Below are positions 35,585 to 44,463 of a stretch of 64,000 nt of DNA, one piece after another (position 1 is the first letter of the stretch; each line of letters opens with the position of its first letter). The stretch lies in NCBI GenBank assembly GCA_964016885.1, contig CAXHJY010001441.1, positions 124,001 to 188,000 of the forward strand, in the 5' to 3' direction. A program made the translations under genes and the position numbers. The DNA comes from Eledone cirrhosa. Lineage: Eukaryota. The notes under the pieces are model-generated. The model ran no database searches and had not been told where the DNA came from. It worked only from the letters and a program-made list of their open reading frames with translations.

Positions 35585-36192
35585 TGGTGGCTGCCAACTC
35601 GTTTTCGAGTACGGCCACTACTTTATATCCATGTAGGAGAACCCCTACCGATGCGCTGAACGAGTGTGACTTTTTAGTCCAGCCAGCGACTTGAAAACTC
35701 TGGTACAAACACTACACTTGTGACAATTATTGACACATAGTACTGGGCCCATGGTACCATGTTACGACAGGTGCAGAGAGATCTCCAGATATAAAGCAAT
35801 GCCTGTGCCGTGAAGCTTTTATAGTGAGCAAAGGCACTGCACAAAGCCAGTCCCACTCTCTTAACCAAGATGATATTTACCAAAAAGAAGAACAAGTCAA
35901 CATCATTGGATACCATCAGGGTTGCAGGTGTTATATCAGAGTTTTCCTTCTCCTAGAATTCTGCCTTGACAAAGGCTAAGGGGTCATCTCTCCCAGTGAT
36001 TTTGGATGGCCATTGACTCTTAAGAGCTCCTTTGCCCTTTGACAGGTTTTGTTTTTAGTCCTGCAGGATGTCCAAAGTCACCCTCCTCACCAAGAAACCT
36101 TGGTGGGGTTGCCAGTTTAGTCGCCAACGACCCGACCATGAGACAGGTTGTACTGGGATACATGTTACCAGTAGCACCAAGTGGTGACCTGA
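35585..36192 (-). mobile_element. Bipartite non-autonomous RTE derivative: 5' leader plus last zinc-finger codons, 3'UTR and (ATGT)n tail
   Basis: Minus strand 35716-35645 translates as CSVCTRVFKSLAGLKSHTRSAHR*, matching the last finger of the RTE ORF ending at 40119. The 3' end resembles 39790-39823 and 43751-43790. 35795-36000 resembles 42835-43060 (GCAATGCCTGTGC...CCTTCTCCTAG...GGCTA..TCCCAGTG). (ATAC)n lies on both sides. Confidence 0.8.
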
Positions 36193-36381
36193 CATAAACA
36201 TACACACATACATACATACATACATACATACATACATACATACATACATACATACATACATACATACATACATACACATACATACACATACACACATATA
36301 TCTACATACACATACAGACAGACACGCACACACAAAGTCAAAATTGGACACACATACAAACAGACACTCACACATACATAT

Positions 36382-36413
<32 letters not shown>

Positions 36414-36918
36414 CTACATACACATGCAGATAGCGGCTCACACACACATTCATACACACACACACACACGCATAAACTATATCTATCTACATACACATAC
36501 AGTTAGCGGCTCTCACATACATACACATACACACACACACATATATCTACAGACAGACAACCACACACAAAATTCAAAAATGGACACATACACATACAGA
36601 CAAACATTCACACATACATGCACACACACACATATATATATCTACATACACATACAGATATCCGCTCACACATACATACACATACACACACACACACATA
36701 TATCTACATACACATACAGATAGCCGCTCACACATACATACATACATACATATATACATACACACCCATATATATATCTACATACACATGCAGATAGCCG
36801 CTCACACATACATACACATACACACACACACACACATATATCTACATACACATACAGATAGCCGCTCACACATACATACATACATATATACACACACACA
36901 CATATATCTACATAAACA
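36193..36918. repeat. Continuation of the degenerate compound minisatellite
   Basis: Same TCTACATACACATACAGATAGCCGCTCACAC motif and CAAAATTGGACACACATAC segment as 35001-35584. Confidence 0.85.
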
Positions 36919-37029
36919 TTCTCGTCAGAGAGCTAAGACTATTTTTATACCATAATATTGATTTTCGCACTGCATCGCTGTGTCTATTCTCCATGTCCAA
37001 CAAGAACTTTTCTTGGTCCTGACAGTTTA

Positions 37030-37248
37030 CTCTCTTTCTTCACCTGTCTGCCTTCCTCCCCTTCCTTCTCTCCCCTCTCTCCCTACCCTTCCTCTCCTTT
37101 TAAAATCACTTTCTACATCTCTCTCTCACTCGCTTATCACATCTCTCTCTATCACTATCTACATCTCTCTCTCTCCCCCCTATCCCTATCCCTCTCTCTC
37201 TCGCCTACTACATCTCTCTCTATCACTCTCTACATCTCTCTCTCCTTT

Positions 37249-37283
<35 letters not shown>

Positions 37284-37450
37284 CTTGCTCTCTAGATCTC
37301 TCTCCCTCCCTTCTCTCTCTATCGCTCTCTACATATCTCTCTCTCTCTCTCTCTTGCTCTCTACATCTCTCTCCATCCTCTCTCTGTCTCTTTCCGTCTA
37401 TCTATCCATCTATCTATCTATCTCTCTCACTATATATATATATCTACTAT
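37030..37450. repeat. Degenerate (CT)n/(CTAT)n polypyrimidine microsatellite
   Basis: Read directly; a second short CT tract lies at about 37735-37835. Confidence 0.9.
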
Positions 37451-37552
37451 GTAGCTAGGTATCCCAATAGTTCTCCATTCGGCAACTTTCTCCCTCCGTG
37501 ACATTTATTTATTTATTCTTTTGTCTTTTAATTAGTCTTCCATACTTATAGA

Positions 37553-37712
37553 CAGGTGGTGACTTGGTAGCAAAGTCGTTAGAACGCCGGACAGAATGCT
37601 TTGCGGTATTCGTTCCGGCTCAGTGCACATTATGTTCAAATCACGTTATGGTCAACTTTGCCTTTCATCCTTTCATGGTCGATAAAACAGAACTACACCC
37701 GTACTGAAGTTG
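37553..37712 (+). mobile_element. tRNA-derived SINE, octopus-type
   Basis: Head GGTGGTGACTTGGTAGCAAAGTCGTTAG, B-box-like GTTCAAATC, and core GGTCAACTTTGCCTTTCATCCTTTC..GGTCGATAAAA shared with five other copies in the window. Confidence 0.8.
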
Positions 37713-37952
37713 ATTCTTCCTTTGTTTCACCGCCCACCCCCTCGCTCTCTCTCTACCGCCCTCCCCCTCTCTCTTTCCCTTTCTCTCTCTCTCTCTAACT
37801 CTCTCTCTCCATTTCTCTCACGCTTTCTTTCTCTATAAATCACTCTCTATTTCCCATTTTCTGAATGAAACCGGCTGTTTAAACCGGAGTGCCCAAACAA
37901 TGCCGTATGTCACTACGACTCCATGTGGAGTTACGAGTACATACGTACATAC

Positions 37953-39318
37953 ATGTTGGAACTCGAAAAATACTAAACAACACCGGAAACTTCCACACCA
38001 ACAGTGACATGGACCGCCTTTACTTGAAACGTAAGCAGGAGGGCAGAGGCCTAACATCAGTCCAGACAACATTTGAATGTCGCATCATATCTCTCCGACA
38101 ACATCTACAAATCTCGAAGTGTAGGAGCCCGTCTCTCGAGCAAGTCTATCTGCATGAAACAGATGAGATCATGAGAGTTGGGAAGGAACTCCTTGAAAAA
38201 TATTCCCTGCATGATAATCAAAAACTCACACCCAGGGAAGTCGCTCAACAGTATCGCAGTGAATCCATGGATGAAAAACTGCATGCTTATCAGCAAAAAA
38301 TCATGCATGGATATGTTGCCAGGAAGCTCTAAAGAGAGAGTAATATACATAAAGAAAGTAGTCTATTTGGACCAACAACCGCTATATTGGCTCCCACTTT
38401 GAAGGATACGCTTTTGTAATCGAAAAACAGGAGATTAGCAACGACATACCTGATTCACAAAAGAGATAAAGATGCAGGCAAAACACTTAGATGTGATAAC
38501 AAGTGCAGACTCTGCAGAACTAACATCGAGGATATCATCCATGTCATCAGCAGCTGTCCAAAGATATCATCGCGGTCCTATCTACCTATGAGGGATGATT
38601 TAGTGGCCAAAACACTGTACAATGCAAACCGTAAAAAAGATATTCCCGATAATAAACACATTAAAAGCTACAACAATGTGGATGACATCCATGTACATAA
38701 TATGAAAGAGTACTGGTGGAATGTTCCAGTAAAAGATCCAATAAAATGCAGGCATAACAGACCAGATATTATGATATGGGACAGGGAAAAGAAGGCATGC
38801 ACAGTAGTGGAAATTAGCTGCCCAGCAGATGCCAATATACTATCAAAGATTAGCGAAAAGGAGAATATTTATGCAGAACTGATGAGATATCTGCAGATTC
38901 TCCACCCTGATTACACCTTCAGATTTATACCTGTGATTATTGGGCACTGTGATTTGTACTGTGATTATTGGGGCACTGGGATATGTTAGTAACTGCCTCA
39001 ATACAAATCTTGAGAAGCTAGGCTTCACAGAAACAGAAAGAACACAACTAGTTAGGAAATTACAAGTACAATCCATTAATGGAACAGTAAAAATATGTAA
39101 AACATTCCAAAAATGTTGCATCTAATAACTGCATATACACATGCTCACATACAGCTCAAAACATCCACATCCACACATACAATAACATCCATATCTACAC
39201 ATGCATGCATACATATTTACCTAATTGATGTGTAAATTCCAATGAGAGAGTCAGTAACTATGTTAGAAACCGACTCTCTATATTGGCAAAACTTTGTGAA
39301 ATTATAAAACCAGAAGAA
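37953..39318 (+). mobile_element. 5'-truncated R4/Dong-like non-LTR retrotransposon with restriction-like endonuclease (decayed)
   Basis: ORF fragments show HTNSDMDRLYLKRKQEGRGL, HGY, a CCHC knuckle (CRLC...EDIIHVISSC, about 38503-38557), RPDIMIWDREKKACTVVEISCP..K...Y (PD..D/E-type RLE) and VIIGALG. It has stops and frameshifts, including a 19-bp CTGTGATTATTGGGCACTG duplication at about 38931-38977. 3'UTR spans 39126-39318. Clade assignment is by motif recognition. Confidence 0.85.
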
Positions 39319-39369
39319 CATACATACATACGTACATATATACGTACATACATACTACTTACATACATG

Positions 39370-39745
39370 ATGACTGCACACTCTGCTAAGAGTATTGCAA
39401 TCGCTTGTCAGTTTCAGATGTGTGACGCTCGGATATGGCTTTTCAATCCCGCAAGGGACTTGCACTCGCTCGCATACTGACGACAACTATCGATCTCCCT
39501 GGCCTGAGGTCTTGCATCCGGTTGCCTGTGAACCCTCAAAATACCGTGAAGATGATAGTTCACTGGTTCTCTTTGGACATGGCTGTGACTGTGGCTCCTG
39601 AGACCAGATTTGCTCAAGCAAATTTTTCCACAATCTGGGCATTTCAATTCAATGGAGTCACTGATCATTTCGAGAGATACACCAGTGTATTGCTTACGCA
39701 CATCCTGATTGGTCTATGCGTCTGTCCTCTAAATTATGGACTCCA
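39370..39745 (-). mobile_element. 3' fragment of a second RTE family (C2H2 region) with (ATGT)n tail at 39318-39370
   Basis: ORF 39414..39701 contains CPDCGKICLSKSGLRSHSHSH and CKSLAGLKSHIRASH, homologous to the C-terminus of ORF 40119..40982. Confidence 0.8.
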
Positions 39746-39823
39746 TCATTCATCATTCATACATACATGATACATACATACATACATGATGATGGCTGCC
39801 CCCTCGTTATGGTCATTGCACGA

Positions 39824-39928
39824 GGAGAAAAATAAATAAATAAAATAAATAGATAACATAAAATAAAAATTAAAAAATAAATAAAAAATAAAATAAAAAT
39901 TAAAAAAAGAAATATATATATATACATA

Positions 39929-39990
<62 letters not shown>

Positions 39991-40107
39991 TGAATAACAA
40001 TAATAATAATAATAATAACAACAATAATAATAACCACAACAACAATAATAATATACATATATATACACACACACACGCCCACACACAAACATATCTATAC
40101 ACACACA
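39824..40107. repeat. Compound microsatellite (AAAT)n-(TA)n-(CA)n-(AAT)n-(CA)n
   Basis: Read directly; flanked by CACGA on both sides. Confidence 0.9.
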
Positions 40108-40118
40108 CACGATAGCAA

Positions 40119-42770
40119 CTAACAGTGCTGCGATCGAATGTGGCTTTTTAGCCCAGCTAATGATCTAAAATGTCTTGCACAGAGTCGGCAACCAAAACAT
40201 TCACTGGGAATAGTCGGCTGTGGTTGGAGTTCGTGTACTTTTGCATATCGCTTGAGCCCTCCTGCTGATTTACATTCTCTACCACATGTTTGGCAAGCAT
40301 GATGAGTAGCATCTCCAACAGCAGCCTGGTAGTCAACCACTGGTCTTACTTTATGACTGCGAAGATGACTTTCGAGTCCATCTTTGCTTAGGCAGAGTCT
40401 CGCACAGACGCTGCATGTCAGCACCATAGGAGGACCCTCGCCGTCTGGAAGTGCAACAGCAATGCTCTTCCTCACATCCCGCTTTACTTTCTCGTATACT
40501 ATTCGAGATGCCTCAAAGGCAACTTTTCCCTCATATACTGTCTTTCTCCATTTATTACGATCAGCAGCAATATTTTCCCATGTATCAGCAGAGATGTTAG
40601 CGTCTTTCAGAGAGGCTTTCAAGCATTCCTTATACCTCTTTTTTGGTTTATGTGGCGGTCGTTTTCCTTTAACCAACTCTCCATAGAAGAGTTGTTTTGG
40701 TATTCTAGAATCCTTCATCCTGGCAAGGTGACCACTCCAACGGAGTCGTTGCTTAAGCACAAAAGCTTCTATACTGTCACACATAGAGCTTTCCAAAATC
40801 TCGAAATCACTGATGTGGTCTCTCCAGTGAACGCCATGGATCCGTCTGAGACACATCTGATGGAAGCGCTCCAATTGCTTAAGGTCGTGTCGATATGTGA
40901 CCCAGGTCTCGCAGGCATAAAGAAGACAAGAGAGCACACTGTACACCTTTACCTGTACACCTTTACCTTTGTCCTCCTGCATATGTCTCGCCGACCCCAG
41001 AGTCGCCTTTCTAGCTTTCCGAAAGCATCACTTGCTTTCATAATCCTAAGTGAGATCTCACTGTCAAGGTTGCTGTATCAATTGACAGTGCTTCCCAGGT
41101 AGACAAACTGATCAACCACTCCAAATCGTTTACCATACACATTGATGTTTGGTTCAGTGTACTGCTTACCAGGGGCAGGTGGGTACATGACGACGGTTTT
41201 CTTGAGACTGACAGTCAGACCTAGGGCAGTGCAAGCGTCAGAAAATGCATTCAAAATGTGTTGCATATCACTCTCGGTGTGCGCTACAAGATCGCAATCA
41301 TCAGCATACAAGAGGTCTCTTATGATTGATGTAAATACGTTTGTCTCTGCAGCAAAGGGTCTGATGTTAAATATGCTGCCTGCGGTTCGATATCGGATGT
41401 AAACACCATGCTCGCAATTCCTGAATGCAATACAGAAAACCATTGCAAAGTATATGGCAAACAGGGTCGGTGCTGGAATATCCCCCTGTTTCACTACATT
41501 TTTTACTGAGATAGGCTCCGACATGTTACCTCCGACATTAACCCAAGCCTTCATGTCGTCATGGAAAGACCTAACTAAAGCAAGGAACTTATCAGGGCAA
41601 CCAAGTTTCTCGAGAACCTTCCATAATACATCTCTGTTAACAGTATCGAAAGCTTTTGTCAGATTGACAAAAACCTGATACAGATCCAAGCCTTGTTCCA
41701 TGCACCTCTCCTGGAGCTGTCTAGCTGAGAAGATCATATCAGTAGTGCCGCGTCCAGCACGAAAACCAGATTGACTTTCAGGAAGAACACAATCTGCAAT
41801 GTGTGTCAGCAGACTGTCCAGAAGCACCCTACATAAAACTTTCCCTACGACAGAAAGCAATGATATACCTCTGTAGTTCCCACAATCATTCCTGTTACCC
41901 TTTCCCTTGTACAAGACCACCATTACTGCATCTCTCCAATCCTCAGGTACGGATTCATTAGCCCATATCCTGCCAAACAAAGAGTGAAGATGTTGCAGGA
42001 GTCTCTCACCACCATATTGTAGGAGCTCAGCATGTATGCCATCCATACCTGGAGATCTTCCACTGTTCAGGTTCGAAATAGCCACTGCAACCTCCACAAG
42101 CGTCGGAGGTTCTGCGAGAGCTACTTTCACAGGACTTTCTGGAATGAAATTGAGGAAATCTTCACTGACGACAGACGGCTGATTCAAAAGATCATCAAAA
42201 TGCTCTCGCCACCTTCGTAGAATTCCTTGTGAGTCACGAAGAAGTTCTTTGCCATCCTTGCTGTGAAGCGGTGTCACCAGAGAAGAAGACGGTCCATAAA
42301 CCTCACGCAAGAGACTGTACAACATCTTTGTGTTATTGGAATCTGACGCAGTTTGTATCTCACCAGCCTTCTCACTCCACCACTGATCCTTCATCTGAGA
42401 AAGACTCCGCCTAACAGGTGATTTTACATCCTTGAGTTCCCCATGCAACGTATTCCTCTCCTGTGGTTTTGCCGTCAAGTAGCGTGGCAGAGCACGCTTC
42501 TTATCATCCAACAAGTCTTCTATGTGTACATCATTCTCATTAAACCAGTCCTGATGTTTTCTCTGCACCAATCCCAGAACCCGCCTGCCTACATCATAAA
42601 CCGACTTTTTAAGGGTCGGCCAATCCTCACCAAGATCTGCAGCCTGCATCTCTTCTTCCAATGTCCTCTTCACATTTTTATTCTTAAGACGAGCAGCATT
42701 CAATCTTTTGGGCAGGGCAGCACCAGGAGCCCGGATTTTACGCTTAGTGATTATACTCACTTTTGCGCGT
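40119..42770 (-). pseudogene. RTE reverse transcriptase ORF (RT plus three C2H2 fingers), disrupted
   Basis: ORFs 41078..42787 and 40119..40982 are consecutive parts of one protein. They are broken by an in-frame stop at 41078-41080 and a 14-bp tandem duplication CTGTACACCTTTAC (40939-40966). Confidence 0.92.
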
Positions 42771-42799
42771 AATAATAATAGTAACAATAATAATAATAA

Positions 42800-43110
42800 T
42801 AATAGTACACTATTAATAATTATTAATGCACTCGTGCAATGCCTGTGCGTGACGAATATTTTTAAAGTGAGGACAGACTGTGCACTGAGCCAATCCCACT
42901 CTCTGAGCGACAGTAGCTATAACCCGAAAAGAAGAAAAGATCAACATCATCGGTAACTACTGAGCCGCAGGTTTTATGTCGGAGTTAACCCAGTTTCCTG
43001 AGATGCCTTCTCCTAGAAGAATGCCCTGACAAGGGCTAGGGCTTCTTCACTCCCAGTGGTTTAACTGCGCGATCGGGCATCCAGCCCGATTATTTCTATG
43101 TCATCGCGTG
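42800..43110 (-). mobile_element. RTE-type 5' leader / head of a bipartite element, joined to the RTE body by (TTA)n at 42770-42803
   Basis: Aligns by eye along its whole length with 43795-44093, including the TATTAATAATTATTAAT linker. Confidence 0.8.
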
Positions 43111-43409
43111 CGCACGCAAAAAAAAAAAACCTCACTTATTGACACTTATACGTACGACATACACACACGCGCATACATATGCGCGCGCACACACGCATAC
43201 ATACGCGCGCACACAGCAACACTCATACATACAAACAAACATACACACGCTACTCACTTACACACACATATATATATATATATATATATTACCGTCATTA
43301 CTGATACAAGATTACAAGATTATGTCAACTGTTGACTTTCAAGAATTCGTATAGTTGAAGCCGTTCGTATTACAGTCCAGTATTATTATAATTGCTTTAC
43401 AGCATAGAG

Positions 43410-43550
43410 TTATGGCTCTCCACGCTCTGAGCTCAGATCCCGTCGAGGTCAACCTTGCCTTTCATTCCCACGGAGTCAACAAAAGAGAGTACCAGTGATG
43501 CGCTGGACCAGTCGCTGGATCCGTGCCAAAAGCAGAGAAATTATTATTAA
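43410..43550 (+). mobile_element. SINE fragment, same family as 37553
   Basis: CTGAGCTCAGATCCCGTCGAGGTCAACCTTGCCTTTCATTCCCACGGAGTCAAC...GTACCAGT, followed by ATTATTATT. Confidence 0.7.
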
Positions 43551-43721
43551 AGTTGTCTTCTTAAGGCCCGGTCGCTGGTGATGGTGATGGCGACGGTGGT
43601 GGCGGTGGCGGTGGTGGTGGTGGTGGTGGCAGTTGATGTTGTGTTGTGTGCGTGTGTGTGTGTGTTTTGTTATTTTGAGTTTTTTTGTTTGTTTGTGTTT
43701 TTTATATTTTTTTTATCTTTA

Positions 43722-44093
43722 TACATACATACATACATACATACATACATGATGGTTGCCCCCACGTTATCGAGTATGGCCATTGCACGATATACCATTA
43801 TTAATAATTATTAATTAATGCTACGTGCAATGCCTGTGCGGGAAGATAGTTTTTAAAGCGAGGAAATACTGTGCACTGAGCAAATCTCACTCTCTGAGTG
43901 ACAGTAGGTATAACCCGAAAAGAAGAAAAGATCAACAATAACTACTGAGCCGCAGGTTTTATCTTGGAATCATCCGAGTTTCCTGAGTTGCCTTCTCCTA
44001 GAAGAATGCCCTGACAAAGGCTAGGGGTCCTTCACTCCCAGTGGTTTAACCGCACGATCGGGTATCCAGCCCGATTATTTCTATGTCATCGCG
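43722..44093 (-). mobile_element. Complete bipartite non-autonomous RTE element (5' leader, AT linker, 3'UTR, (ATGT)n tail)
   Basis: 43751-43792 (GATGGTTGCCCCCACGTTATCGAGTATGGCCATTGCACGATA) matches the RTE 3' end at 39791-39823. 43815-44093 matches 42824-43109. Tail at 43722-43750; no coding sequence. Confidence 0.82.
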
Positions 44094-44189
44094 CATATAC
44101 ATACACATGCATACATGTATATACATATATACATATATATATATATACATATATATACATGTATACATATATATACATATTTACACATA

Positions 44190-44363
44190 TCTGGATGACA
44201 GTTGACTCTTATGAGTTCTTCCACTCTTTGACAGGTTTTGTTTTTTGTCTTGCAGGGTGTCTAAAATCACCCTCCTCACCAAGACCACTTGGTGGGGTTG
44301 CCGGTTTCGTCGCCGTCGACCATGCGACAGGTTGTACTGGGTTACGTGTTACCTGTAGCACTC
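44190..44363 (-). mobile_element. Isolated 5'-terminal module of the 35585-36192 family
   Basis: Aligns by eye with 36003-36177 (TTTGACAGGTTTTGTTTTT..CACCCTCCTCACCAAG..CTTGGTGGGGTTGCC..GACAGGTTGTACTGGG..GTTACC.GTAGCAC). Confidence 0.78.
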
Positions 44364-44408
44364 AATACATAATACATACATTTATATTTTTCAGTTATCT
44401 CATTATAC

Positions 44409-44461
<53 letters not shown>
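44409..44461. repeat. (TG)n microsatellite
   Basis: Read directly. Confidence 0.95.

Positions 44462-44463
<2 letters not shown>

Larger units (their letters stand above)
39787..42770 (-). mobile_element. RTE-clade (BovB-like) LINE lacking the APE endonuclease, with a split 3'UTR and (ATGT)n tail at 39745-39787
   Basis: Typical RTE motifs: KHQDWF, GRSPGMDGIHAELLQYGG, KGKGNRNDCGNYRGISLLS, LPESQSGFRAGRGTTDMIF, KQGD, LLYADD, FVYLGS, LLYACETW, RLRWSGHLARM..SRIPKQLFYGEL. Confidence 0.95.

Noticed and set aside
36060-36192. Canonical HDV-like or twister ribozyme call
   Set aside because: CTAA/CGAA after a stem and TAA-CATG...CATG-GTCGGG were suggestive, but consistent pseudoknot pairings could not be built in both copies. 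Kept only as a structured-RNA candidate.
36958-37501. Ser/Leu-rich ORFs of 166-173 aa
   Set aside because: Translations of the (CT)n microsatellite.
37900-37940. Hairpin ACTCCA-TG-TGGAGT as a Helitron 3' end
   Set aside because: There is no CTRR terminus at the expected distance and no other support.
39414-40420. Host C2H2 zinc-finger gene
   Set aside because: The fingers are in frame with or homologous to the RTE ORF C-terminus, lack TGEKP linkers and are followed by RTE tails.
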